From positions 1 through 53,857 of the forward strand of contig JBCCEA010000028.1 of the NCBI GenBank assembly GCA_039030515.1: 53,857 nucleotides of DNA, written 5' to 3'. The notes below the pieces were generated by a model. It did no database searches. It saw only the letters and a program-made list of their open reading frames with translations, and was not told the DNA's origin. Positions 38,307 to 48,900 of this stretch are shown one piece after another. Made by a program: the position numbers and the translations under genes. The stretch comes from Myxococcota bacterium (lineage in GTDB: Bacteria > Myxococcota_A > Polyangia > Polyangiales > Houyiibacteriaceae). The first letter of the stretch is position 1; each line of letters begins with the position of its first letter.

Positions 38307-39029
38307 ATGACGCAAGAGGCATCGGAGATTGGGATGTCGAAATACTGGCAATCGATGCAAGAGAAGATTTCCTCGATCTCCGCGAAGGTTTCTGGAGCCT
38401 CTCGCTGGTTACGGTGCGAAGGCGTAACGCGAGATACATCTTCAGTCACGCACTGCGGCTATGAGAAAGCGAAACGCGCCCTCGACCTGGTGATACTCCT
38501 TGGACTGGCTCCATGGGTGTCCGTGCCCTTTGCTACGGTGGCTGTTTTGGTTAAGTTGACGTCTCGGGGGCCCGTGTTCTTTGTGTCGGACCGGGTAGGC
38601 AAAGACGAGGTGATCTTCAGGATGTTCAAGTTTCGAACGATGAACGTAGGTACGCCTGCAGTTGCAACGCATCTACTTGAACACGCAGATAGCAGGCTGA
38701 CTCCGATCGGGGGATTCTTACGCCGCACAAGTCTCGATGAACTACCGCAACTGATCAATATCGCATATGGAGATATGTCGATCGTGGGTCCACGTCCTGC
38801 ACTCTACAATCAAGACGACCTTATCGCCTTGAGGCGCGTCAAGGGAGTGAATCAACTGATACCCGGTCTGACAGGATGGGCTCAGATCAATGGCCGCGAT
38901 GAGATTGCGATTCCAAAAAAAGTGGAACTGGATGCTTATTATCTCGAATCAAGGGGCACGCTTTTCGATGTCGAGATCATCTTAAAGACCATTAGGAAGG
39001 TCTTATTCGGATCGGACATCTCCCACTGA
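38307..39029 (+). CDS. Priming phosphoglycosyl transferase (bacterial sugar transferase, PglC/WbaP C-terminal type)
   Basis: KRALDL; SRGPVFF; RVGK; FKFRTM; LRRTSLDELPQLINI; GDMSIVGPRP; PGLTGWAQINGR. Confidence 0.95.
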   Translation: MTQEASEIGMSKYWQSMQEKISSISAKVSGASRWLRCEGVTRDTSSVTHCGYEKAKRALDLVILLGLAPWVSVPFATVAVLVKLTSRGPVFFVSDRVGKDEVIFRMFKFRTMNVGTPAVATHLLEHADSRLTPIGGFLRRTSLDELPQLINIAYGDMSIVGPRPALYNQDDLIALRRVKGVNQLIPGLTGWAQINGRDEIAIPKKVELDAYYLESRGTLFDVEIILKTIRKVLFGSDISH

Positions 39030-39209
39030 GGCGCAGCGCGCTGGGGCTGGACGCACGCGTTCCTCTTGGTTCTGACCCCCATGCATCCATGAGGTTCTTA
39101 GCGGGCTTCTTTCAATTGCGATCCGTAACGCGGTAGCGCACAAAGAGTAGTCTGCACAGGGTGTATGGCTGCGCAGGTGTACGGCTACGCAGGCCGAAAA
39201 GCGCAGCGT

Positions 39210-39629
39210 TTATGCAATGAGCGTCCGGCGCTGTTTCATGGCGCGGAGCTTGACGGTTCGAGCGGCTGCGATGGTTTGCGCGACCAAAAGGTTCATGTCC
39301 CCTTTGGAGAAAAATGCGCCATCGAAACCGAGTTTTGCGTATTTGGCTGCTTTTTCCGTGTCCGAGGAGTAGATGTACAGTCCGCAGGTCGTGCCGCTTC
39401 GGCGGGCAGCGGAGCGGAGTGAGGTGACCAGGTCTCCTCCATTGATGCCGGGCATATGAAAATCGATGAGCACGAGGCACTCTTCTCGCAGAAGTTTTGC
39501 AATGCCCACCGTTTGAGTAGTCGTAACAACTTCGAAGTTTTCGCCTTCTAGACTCAGCTTTGCACGTTCGAGAATAATCTCACTGTCATCGATGATGATG
39601 ACTCTTTGCTGTTCTGATGAGCTACTCAT
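39210..39629 (-). CDS. Single-domain response regulator
   Basis: IIIDDS; LIDFHMPG; FFSKG. Overlaps the kinase stop by 4 bp. Confidence 0.88.
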   Translation of the reverse strand: MSSSSEQQRVIIIDDSEIILERAKLSLEGENFEVVTTTQTVGIAKLLREECLVLIDFHMPGINGGDLVTSLRSAARRSGTTCGLYIYSSDTEKAAKYAKLGFDGAFFSKGDMNLLVAQTIAAARTVKLRAMKQRRTLIA

Positions 39630-41881
39630 AAGGTTCCTTGAGACTCGCTTGTCTTCTTGGGGAATATCCGGAATCGGGTTCCCTCTCCACGCTTGGAGTC
39701 TACTGTGAGTTCGTAGTCAACTTCAGAAAGAAGGCGTTTGGCGGCCGGCAATCCCACTCCTCTTCCCGCAAGAGACTTATCGCTTTTGGCAGATGTACTG
39801 AACGTGTCCAGAAAAATAACGCTGCTTGGCTGTTCTTTTTCGATACCGAGCGCCGTCGCAAGTTGAGTAATTCGCTCGATATCGAGACCGGATCCGTCGT
39901 CAGATACTTCCATAGTAGCTTGTTCATCGATAAGTGAACAGTTCAGACTTATGGTGCCTGTTGATGATTTTCCGGATTTAGTGCGACTAGAGGGAGTTTC
40001 GATACCGTGTGCGATTGCATTTCGTACCAGGTGTCCAAGCACGGAACCAAGTCGCTCATGTAGGTTGGGCGGCAACAGTATCTCCCCACCTTCGATCTTC
40101 ATGGCGATTTTTTTGGATTCCCGCTCTGCCCACGCAACTACTGAATCCTGGATCGGAACACTTAATTCGGCAAATGGTCGGTATAAGAGCTTCTCTACTG
40201 CTTGATGCAACTCAGGATTCTTGTCGTCAGTCAGTGTAAGTAGTCGGAGCACCTCTGAACGCCGTACAGTTACCTGATCCAAAATAAGAGATCCGATCGG
40301 CGACTCATCTACAAATCGATTCACCGCATGTTCTGCGGCTTCGATCGCTGTACGCACTCCGTGCCGTATCGTACCGAAATCGCTTCCTGTGGCTTGGACG
40401 GCATTCTCCCCGGGATGTCGCTGCATTTTGCTTAGTCGATCCTCGATTAAGAACAACGCGTCGTGCATGCTTCGAATCCCAAACGATGCGGATTCAGCAC
40501 GTACGGAGTGAACGACCTGGAACATATGATTGACTTCCTCGGCGGTAAGCTCTGTTTCCGACTCGCGAATCGAAGCCAAACAGTCGTGAAGTCGTTTCCG
40601 AGCAGCCTCGACAAAATCGACAAACTGGTGGCTACCTGATACGAGCAGTCGACGAATAGCCCGCAGTTCTTCGTCTTGTTTCTGAGACTTTATCTCTACG
40701 GCTCTACGGTATTGATATTCGTCTGTTACGTCTGTAGCAAGCAGCATGATACGGGTAATCAAGAGATCTGAATCGGCTTCCATAGGCCGGAACTCAAGTC
40801 GAAGAATGCGTGTCTCACCTGAATCTTCTATTGAGGCTTCCTCCGGGGCAACAGAGATGAAGTCGTCCCACGTCGACCGTGGCATGCCCATCACGGCATC
40901 GATCCATTCCGTGAGTGCTTGAGCGCGCACATCGTACTCAGGAGCATTCGGATACAAGAGCTCTACGAGCGGAGCGCCCTCGATTGTTTCTCCTGGAAAA
41001 AGCGTATGGGCCTTACGGGAAGCGACTCCCTCCAGTCTCCCTTCAGCGTTGAAGACAACGATCGCCTGATGCATGTGATCGAGCACTTCTTGCAGTGAGG
41101 CGGACAAACCTCTGAGCCTGCGTTCACGATCCCGGAGTGTTTGCTCAGCTGCTCGACGTCGGGTGATATCGTGCATTTCGATAAGAAAACACTCTTTTCC
41201 ACTTACTGGATCGCGAGTTGTCCGAACTTTGAGCCAGTACCAACGAAGTTGCTCTCCCGTTCCGGCTTCCACTTCATCACTCGAAGTGCCGTGACGCCGT
41301 GCCTCATTGAGTCGATTGCGGACCGTATGCGGATCAAGAAACCAGTTATCAAAACGTTCGGTGCCAAAGACTTGTGCCGCACTGGGATTCGTCATCAACA
41401 AGTCGCCAGAGTAGTCCAGTAGGGCGACCAAAGCCGTGCTGTGCCGAAGCGCTTCAACACCACGCAACAACTCCGGTTCATCTCCTTTTTCATAGATTCG
41501 CTCTCCGACCACGAGCACAAGCAGTGCCGTGCGGTCGTCTTCCAGTCGAAACCCCGCACATCGACAGTCCGCAGTGATCGAATGACGACCTCTTGGGTAA
41601 AGAGTCCATTGATCACTAACGAGTTCCCCACGGGAGAATCCCTCGCGATAGCGCTGGAGTCTTGCGCGAGTAGAGTCACTCATATCCGATGCAAAATCTC
41701 TCTTGGTGAGCGATTCCGCGTCCGGAGCATCCCATAGTTCGAGCGCTGGTTCATTGACCCACAGCATTTGCTCGTAATCGAGATCAAAAACCCAAGCTGG
41801 AATAGGTGTACCAGATTGTAGAAACTCTAGACGCTTTGCGGTGCTTGTTCGAATTTCATCTAGGTTTACGTCGTTACGCAT
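39626..41881 (-). CDS. PAS-domain CheA-like (Hpt + HATPase) histidine kinase lacking a CheW domain
   Basis: PAS-like segments; Hpt FQVVHSVRAES; LGHLVRNAIAHGIE; VSDDGSGLD; FSTS; AGRGVGL. Ends right after the HATPase. ATG 41881 with GAGGG upstream. Confidence 0.88.
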   Translation of the reverse strand: MRNDVNLDEIRTSTAKRLEFLQSGTPIPAWVFDLDYEQMLWVNEPALELWDAPDAESLTKRDFASDMSDSTRARLQRYREGFSRGELVSDQWTLYPRGRHSITADCRCAGFRLEDDRTALLVLVVGERIYEKGDEPELLRGVEALRHSTALVALLDYSGDLLMTNPSAAQVFGTERFDNWFLDPHTVRNRLNEARRHGTSSDEVEAGTGEQLRWYWLKVRTTRDPVSGKECFLIEMHDITRRRAAEQTLRDRERRLRGLSASLQEVLDHMHQAIVVFNAEGRLEGVASRKAHTLFPGETIEGAPLVELLYPNAPEYDVRAQALTEWIDAVMGMPRSTWDDFISVAPEEASIEDSGETRILRLEFRPMEADSDLLITRIMLLATDVTDEYQYRRAVEIKSQKQDEELRAIRRLLVSGSHQFVDFVEAARKRLHDCLASIRESETELTAEEVNHMFQVVHSVRAESASFGIRSMHDALFLIEDRLSKMQRHPGENAVQATGSDFGTIRHGVRTAIEAAEHAVNRFVDESPIGSLILDQVTVRRSEVLRLLTLTDDKNPELHQAVEKLLYRPFAELSVPIQDSVVAWAERESKKIAMKIEGGEILLPPNLHERLGSVLGHLVRNAIAHGIETPSSRTKSGKSSTGTISLNCSLIDEQATMEVSDDGSGLDIERITQLATALGIEKEQPSSVIFLDTFSTSAKSDKSLAGRGVGLPAAKRLLSEVDYELTVDSKRGEGTRFRIFPKKTSESQGTL

Positions 41882-42102
41882 CGTTGGACCCTCTACATCT
41901 GCAACCACAACAGGCGGACTCTTGCAAAACACCCCAAATCATTTGGATACATAGGATTAAGATAAGAGTCGATGAGCCCGCACCCTACCTCGATCGGTCT
42001 GAGTTGCCAGCACCCTCTCATCGTTGCAGAAGCGGTGCCGAAGCAACGCAAGCGCCCGGTAAGATCAACGGCACGGTTCGATGGTCGAGTCAACCTTGTG
42101 GA

Positions 42103-42606
42103 TCAGGAGGACTCTTTCGAGCGCAGCCGGCGCTCTACTTGATCGAGTTGTGCTTTTAGGTACAGGTTGTCCGGTTCGATTTGAAGGGCAAGTTTCATCG
42201 CCTTCCACGTATTGATCCAGTGCCCTTGATTTGCGAACTGCAATGCCTTCTGATGATAGGCTCGCGCCTTCGGGTGACGGATATGCGCTGGGAGACGTTT
42301 GCGTTCAGGCGGTTTCTTGACCACGCGAACGCGGTCGTCGGAAGACAAACGCATCTTTCCTGCGTGGAGTAGGCGGTCATAAAGCTTGCGGTCGCTATCG
42401 TCAGAGAGCACTTGAAAAGCCTCACTGCCACGTCGATAGATTCTTGCAGCCCGCTCAACTTTATCGGTCGAAGCTCCGGCAAAACGATCTGGATGGTATT
42501 TTCGGGCAAAGCGGCGAAATGCGGTTTTCAGTTCTGAAACCGGTATGTCTTCTGCGACACCTAGAAGCGTATAGTAGTCAAGCTCTTCTAGGGGGTCGTC
42601 GCTCAC
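42103..42606 (-). CDS. DnaJ-domain protein with a C-terminal TPR-like helix pair
   Basis: DYYTLLGV; ARKYHPDRF; EAFQVLSD; C-terminal ALQIEPDN. Starts 3 bp after the Hsp70 stop. Confidence 0.9.
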   Translation of the reverse strand: MSDDPLEELDYYTLLGVAEDIPVSELKTAFRRFARKYHPDRFAGASTDKVERAARIYRRGSEAFQVLSDDSDRKLYDRLLHAGKMRLSSDDRVRVVKKPPERKRLPAHIRHPKARAYHQKALQFANQGHWINTWKAMKLALQIEPDNLYLKAQLDQVERRLRSKESS

Positions 42607-42609
42607 GCG

Positions 42610-45600
42610 TCAGCCTACCAGAGCTCGCCGTCGAGCCGCCATCGCCTCCAGTTCTTCCTCCGTGCTACCTCCCAGCAAACGAATCTGAATGTGCTGCTGC
42701 TGACCGGTTTCTCGCTCGATCGCTTGCACTCCAAGGGTGCCATCGGCATCCAAAATAAAGGAAACATCGATTTTGAGATGTCCTCTGGGCATCGCACGAA
42801 GCTCGTTGAGCTCGATTTCTCCGAGCACCTGATTGTCCTCAAAAACTTTCGATTCACCTTGGCAGATGCGCGCTCGGACGTTTTGCTGATCGTCTTTTGC
42901 GGTACTAAAGGTGCGACTTTGCTCGGCGGGTACTGGAGCGTTTCTTCGAATAATTTGCTGGCAATACCCACCTACAGTCTCGATGCAAAGTGAGTGGGGC
43001 GTAACATCCATGAGCAGTGGTGGAGGTGACTCCGGCATCACGAGCATCGGTTGGGCTGCCTGAGGAGCTGTAGACGCGCGTTGTGGATCTGAATGAGGCG
43101 CAGCGTGTCGATCTTTGTTCTGCTGAAACGCAGGCTCCTTGTCTGCTCCGGAGCCCGCTCCGTCCCAATCCAGATCGGCAAGCACAGAATCTATGCCGGC
43201 AGCAACCCCAGCAGAAGTAGGTGCAGCATCGCGCCCTTCCTCATGCATCATCTGATGAGAGAGAGAAAGGGTGGAGGCCGGCTCTGCTTCGAGCTCTGAA
43301 AACAACATTGCGGGATCGAGTGCAGGGCCTAACGCCGCATCGTCAGCAATTGGCTCCGGCTCATGAATCGGAGAGGCAGCCATCGGTTCCTCGGCATGAA
43401 CCGTTTCGAGGTCCGGCGTCAGCGACTCGAGTACATCTGCATGAAGCTCTTCGAGATCTTCGTGCCCGTCGAGACTCATGCCGAAAACAGCCTCTTCTTG
43501 GGAATCCGTGATGGCAAAAACTGAAGTAGAAACTTCCTTATCCTCCACCCCCAACTCATCGAGCTGTGAAGTCAAGGGGTCTGGGTTGCCAGTCTCAAGA
43601 GTCCGCTCAGCATCAAAGCGCGTTGGGTCGTTGACGGTCGTCGCGGGTGCCGATTGACTCTCGGTGTTTTTTGAATCCTCCAGTGTCGGTTCGTCCCTAT
43701 TCGGTCGATCCGGCAGCGGTTCACCCAGCTGCCGTTCACCCAGCTGCCGTTCATCCAGCCGCGGCTCACCCGGTTGCAGGTCACCCAGCACTATGGCCTT
43801 GAGCTCCTTGACTACTACCTTGCGCTGTTTGGGTGGTTCGGCGCGTGCAGACGGGGTTTCCTGAAAGGGCAGCGAAAGTCGTTCGGGTGGACGTGCTTCA
43901 GCGGGCCGGTGGAGCATCGGTTGTCGGGCCGATTCAGATGTCGGTGGATCTGCGGGAACTGCGAGTTCGAACGGCTTCGGTGCCGCCAGAGAGTCACGCG
44001 TTAGAGAATCTACTTTGGGCGGTGGAATCTTTTGGGAATCCGGAACAGGAGGTTGGACAGGCTCCCGCATGGTAGAGAACGGGAGCTCCCGGCTAGGAAG
44101 CACCGGGGGGTTCTTGGGAGCGTTCAACGCAGCCGCGCCGACCGTTGGTTTGGGCGGAGCGATAGCCGGCATGCCCACGGTGGTTTGGGCGCCGACGTTC
44201 CGTGCGCTGGATCGTAGAGGTGGAGGGGGCGGAAGATTTGGGCGCGAAAGTTTGGGCGAGGCAGGCAAATTCGGAAGAGGTGGAGGCGGCGCCGAAGCCT
44301 TAGGGGGCCTTACGGGCGGATCGGGAGCAACGATCGCTTCCTGCTCGACTGGTGCAAATGCAGGCTGGTTGGGCCTTGGAGGTTCTGCGCGAGGGTCGAT
44401 GCGTTTCGATTTCGATCGGATTTCCTGCAGCGACATACGCTTGAGGACGATCTTACCCAAGCTCCGCTTGACCTCAGTTTGTCCGCTGATCGCATGGCCA
44501 TGCGCTGCGGCTCCTTGAGCCACCACGAGATCTGGGTCGATATCGACGAGCGGTTCTCGTCCGAAATAGTCGCGTACTCGCTGACGCACCAACGGAAGCC
44601 GGGTCGAACCGCCGACGAGAATGACGGCTCCGATATCCTTCGGCTTGAGGTTTGCTTCCTGCATCGCGCGCTCTGTCACGTCGAAGGAGCGATCGACCAG
44701 CGGGCCCGCAACGTCGGTGAGGGCGTCCTGATGCATACGATAGACAAGATCCAAGGGTTTGCCGCCACGTCCATAGGTCAACGCCTCGATCCGCACCTCG
44801 ACGAGGCTCTCCACGCTCAACTTGCATTTCAACCATTCGGCGGCCGCGCGGATACGTTCAAAGGCTTGCTGATCTTCCCGAGCATCCCACTTGTGCTCTT
44901 TTAGGAACGCAGTAGCCATTTCCTCTGCCAGCAAGAGGTCGATATCGTCTCCGCCCAGAAAGGTGTCTCCCGCAGTAGAGACGACCTGAAAAATATCGTT
45001 TTCGAGCTCGAGGATCGTGATATCGAACGTCCCGCCCCCAAGGTCGTAGATGGCGACTCGCTCTGCCTGGTGGCGGCCATGACCGTATGCAAGTGCCGCT
45101 GCGGTGGGCTCGTTGATGATTCGTTTGACGTCGAGACCGGCAACGCGACCGGCCGCTTTGGTTGCGCTTCGCTGCAGCTCGTTGAAGTTCGCAGGTACGG
45201 TGATCACGGCTGAAGTGCATTCTTCGTCAAGCTGGGTTTCGGCGACTCGCTTGACTTCTCTGAGGACGAAAGCGCTTATTTCCGTGAGCGTAAAGGTCTC
45301 ACCACGTACGTCGACAACCACGCCTCCGCTCTTGCTGGTGGTAAGTTCGAACGCAAAGCGCTCCTGAGCCTTCTTGACCTGCTCACTTTTGAACGGACGG
45401 CCGATGAGGCGTTTCACGCTGTAAATCGTATTTGACGCATCGATGAGTCTGCGTTCTCGGGCTTCGCGACCGACAAGCACCTCGCCGTCCGGATGAAACG
45501 AAACCACCGAGGGAATCAAGCGGCGACCTTCGAGATCGCTGAGGACCCGAATGTGGCCTCCATCCGCCACCGCGACTACCGAGTTGGTAGTACCGAGATC

Positions 45601-45621
45601 TATGCCGAGAACAAAGCTCAC
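42610..45621 (-). CDS. Atypical Hsp70 (DnaK-family paralog) with a very large low-complexity insertion
   Basis: [53 protein letters not shown]; then about 490 aa of Pro/acidic sequence; then [10 protein letters not shown] and the SBD-beta. GTG 45621 is the likely start (ORF open to 45654). Confidence 0.92.
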   Translation of the reverse strand: MSFVLGIDLGTTNSVVAVADGGHIRVLSDLEGRRLIPSVVSFHPDGEVLVGREARERRLIDASNTIYSVKRLIGRPFKSEQVKKAQERFAFELTTSKSGGVVVDVRGETFTLTEISAFVLREVKRVAETQLDEECTSAVITVPANFNELQRSATKAAGRVAGLDVKRIINEPTAAALAYGHGRHQAERVAIYDLGGGTFDITILELENDIFQVVSTAGDTFLGGDDIDLLLAEEMATAFLKEHKWDAREDQQAFERIRAAAEWLKCKLSVESLVEVRIEALTYGRGGKPLDLVYRMHQDALTDVAGPLVDRSFDVTERAMQEANLKPKDIGAVILVGGSTRLPLVRQRVRDYFGREPLVDIDPDLVVAQGAAAHGHAISGQTEVKRSLGKIVLKRMSLQEIRSKSKRIDPRAEPPRPNQPAFAPVEQEAIVAPDPPVRPPKASAPPPPLPNLPASPKLSRPNLPPPPPLRSSARNVGAQTTVGMPAIAPPKPTVGAAALNAPKNPPVLPSRELPFSTMREPVQPPVPDSQKIPPPKVDSLTRDSLAAPKPFELAVPADPPTSESARQPMLHRPAEARPPERLSLPFQETPSARAEPPKQRKVVVKELKAIVLGDLQPGEPRLDERQLGERQLGEPLPDRPNRDEPTLEDSKNTESQSAPATTVNDPTRFDAERTLETGNPDPLTSQLDELGVEDKEVSTSVFAITDSQEEAVFGMSLDGHEDLEELHADVLESLTPDLETVHAEEPMAASPIHEPEPIADDAALGPALDPAMLFSELEAEPASTLSLSHQMMHEEGRDAAPTSAGVAAGIDSVLADLDWDGAGSGADKEPAFQQNKDRHAAPHSDPQRASTAPQAAQPMLVMPESPPPLLMDVTPHSLCIETVGGYCQQIIRRNAPVPAEQSRTFSTAKDDQQNVRARICQGESKVFEDNQVLGEIELNELRAMPRGHLKIDVSFILDADGTLGVQAIERETGQQQHIQIRLLGGSTEEELEAMAARRRALVG

Positions 45622-45742
45622 CGTCGTTTGCCTAAGGGTGCCAAGAAACGACACCGCGCCGCAATCGTATTGAGTGCAGGGCTGAAAACCTACGCATTCA
45701 TCAAACGCACCTCCCAGCGGGCGCCCCGATCGTCCACCGAAT

Positions 45743-45888
45743 ACCGTACCCAGTCAGGTTCTGCAGCGACCCAAAATGCAGCGGAACTGGATTTACACAG
45801 CAAATCACCGTACCCAGTCAGGTTCTGCGACGACCCAAAATGCAGCGGAACTGGATTTACACAGCAAATCACCGTACCCAGTCAGGTT
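45743..45888 (+). repeat. Intergenic repeat array 3: three copies of ACCGTACCCAGTCAGGTT at an exact 64-bp period
   Basis: Cores at 45743, 45807 and 45871; two near-identical 46-bp linkers CTGC(AG/GA)CGACCCAAAATGCAGCGGAACTGGATTTACACAGCAAATC. Confidence 0.95.
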
Positions 45889-45915
45889 TTTATAGCAAAA
45901 CCGCGCAGAATTCCG

Positions 45916-48900
45916 CTACAGATGAACTTCCATCAAGACGAACTTGTTGCAGTCCCTTTTTGTGGTCACCGCCCGATATTGACGCGACCGCATCAGATTT
46001 TTGAAGCTGGACATGCGGGTGTGTTCGAGCAGAAAAAATGCCTTCTCACCACTACGCTCATCCATCCACTGGCGGACCTTCTTGTTGTCTAAATCGACGA
46101 ATACGTGAACGTGATTGCCGGAATAGAAGTTTTCACCTTTCCAGTTCATCTGCCATGCGACTAGGGATTCGTTAGCCGAGTCACGTAATTCATAGTAGCG
46201 CTGCACCAACTCACGCTGGCCCCAATGAGGGGAAAGGTCGGTGATGTAGTAGTTGAGCGTCCACACCGAAAAAGAAAGCGCGACCCCGAGCAGCGTCGGT
46301 ACGAGCAGTACATGCAACCTCCGGACAGCGCCCATCGAAAGAATCGCGGTAGACACCAACGCAAAGCCGGTGAGGATCGGTCGGTAGTCCCATTGCTCCG
46401 GCCATGGTCGGTCGTACTTGTAGACGAAGAGGTGGATCAACCGTTCGTACCCGTGGGGACGTGTCGCTATTTCCCAAGACAAATCCCGACCTACAAACGC
46501 AACGAGCGTCGCAGCTGCAGCGAACATCACACAAAGTGCGATGGATACCGGTTTGCTGTCTCCCCCTGATTTGATGACGGACGACGCACCCTCGCTAACA
46601 GACACGCTCCCAACAAAGGGCCGCAGTCTAGCAAAGGGCCGCGGTGCGAGCAGACACCCGCTCAATCCAAGCAAGACCAGTCCGAACATCAGAAGACCTG
46701 CAGCTAGGGGAGTCGGCCACGGGTGGTTTAGGACCCAGTCTGTTTCGAGGGCAGCGCTCGAGGCTGTCTGCGCTACTGCTTGTTCGGTCACGGAACCGAG
46801 TCGAGTGGCCGCCTCGGAACCGCTTTCGCTGACGTCACTACGCTCGCTCATTGGCCCCGGAATAAAGCCGCGTACATCCCCGAAGAACCCGGCAACTCCG
46901 AGAACCAAAGGCAGAGGTGAAAGAGCCGCTAAGACAAACCCCAACGGCGAGCGCCAGCGCACTCGAGAGATCGCCGGATCGCCCTTGGGCATTCCAGCAA
47001 CCAGACGGTCGAGCAGAATGCCAACCAAGATCATCGCCGGAGGAACAGCCGGAAAAATATAGTGATGGAACTTGGTTTTCATCGCGGAAAACAAAGTGAA
47101 CGCGCCAAAAAACCAGATGGAGTGCAGCTTGAGAAAGTCCATCTTTCGCGGAATTTGGAGCGAGGGATCTTCGGATTCGCGCGACATCCAGAAGAGCGCC
47201 GCGAAGGGAACCAACCCGATCCACGGAAAGGTTCCGAAACCAAACTGCTCGATGAAATACCGAATCGAGCCGCTGTCTCCGTGCACCCCGACCGCCAAGC
47301 GATTGATGTGGTCGTGAATCAGTAGCCGGTCCGTAAAGGCTGGACCGTGACGCATATACATCGCGACAAACCACGGGAGCCCGACCGTCGTCACCATCAG
47401 GATTCCGGTGCCGATGTGAAGCTGACCGTCAAACATCATCTTCCACCGGTTCGACGAGATCAGCCAAAGGAGTGCGACCAGGCCGGGCAGTGCAAAACCG
47501 GGAATGCCCTTACCCATGAATGCGAGCGCACAAAAAAAGTAAAAACAAAACAGAAACAGGGATCGAGCTCGCGTTTCCCGAACTGTCTGCGCGACGATGC
47601 CCACGAGGCACAAGAGCCAGAGCAATCCCTGAAGTGCCGGCTGAAATTCCGGGACATGCGGACGCCTATCTCCGAGGGAGGCATTGCCGGCGATGCCGTG
47701 GTTGCCCGCAGAGCCGAGCAGAAACACGTCTTCATGCAAAGCGAAGCGCCAGTAGTCGACCAGGGTGATGTTGCGCGAAACCAGGTAGAGCGCTTGGGGC
47801 ACGACGACCATCACGAAGATACCCGTGACCAGCTGACGCATGCTCAACTCGACGCGCCCGAAGAGCGCCGTTCCCAGCGTGAGTGCGGACCCGATAGCGA
47901 GACCTGCGGCGATACCGATCCAGCCGAGCCCGAGGGCGAACGTCAGCGTAGCCATCACGAGTAGAGTGACTCCCCCGAGCACAATCGAGAGCGCCCTCTT
48001 GCGCTTGACACCGATCTCTGTCTCGAGACCGAGGTATACGCGACCTTCGACCTTATCTTCAGGGGTGACGACCGCCAGGGTCAGCATCGACATCGCCAAC
48101 GTCATATTGGCGACGAGGAGCATGTCGGTGATCGCTTGATGAGCGAGCAAAAAGTAATGAGGTGCCGTCGCCAGAACCAGAGCAGAAAGCACGCCTGCCC
48201 GCACGCCAAAAACCCGGCGGACGGCTGCATATGCGGAGAGCACCGCTCCGACCGAAAATAGATAGAACGGCAGTCTTAGGGCCCACTCCGGATGCAGTGG
48301 ATGAGCATCTGGCGAAGCGTCGACCCCGAGGGACGCCATCGCGAACGCCTCGCTCCAAAAGATCAATATCGGTTTCGACCAAAACCAGCCGTCTTGAGCC
48401 CACCAAAGGCTGATCCAATCATCTCGCGACAAGATTTCTCGGGCGACTTCGCCGTAGTGGGTTTCCCAAGGATCCCAGAGACCGTAGGTGCCGAGAAAAG
48501 GCGCATAGACGAGAGAAACGACGACAAATACGAGTAGTGCCGGACGATGAATCGCTGAAAGACTCAGAACCATCAACGACGCGATGATCGATGGCGTCGC
48601 TGCGTCGTAGCCCATCGATACGATGCCCAAAAGAAGCACCAAAACTGCCGTGAGGACCGTCCATTTGGGTGTGAGAAACCAGGCTTCCCGCAAAGGCGGC
48701 GCCGCAGATTCGCTCGCGGAACCAGCGGATTCGGCTTGCTCGGACCGCCACCAGTCGATCGACGGAGCAGTCCACGTACGGCAGCTTACGGCTGGGCCAG
48801 GGCTCGAAGTCGGCCCGGCCTTGCCGCGATGACGAAACCCGCTCCGCGGTAGGAGCCCGACGCAACCGAGGACCCCGATGAACGTTAGGAGGCTTCCGTA

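Noticed and set aside
42610..45621. Naming this gene dnaK
   Set aside because: The large insertion, truncated lid and absence of grpE/hrcA context indicate a paralog rather than the housekeeping DnaK.
45493..46092. 199-aa + strand ORF crossing array 3
   Set aside because: It overlaps the Hsp70 and GT-C genes in antisense, and the 64-bp repeat is read in shifting frames.
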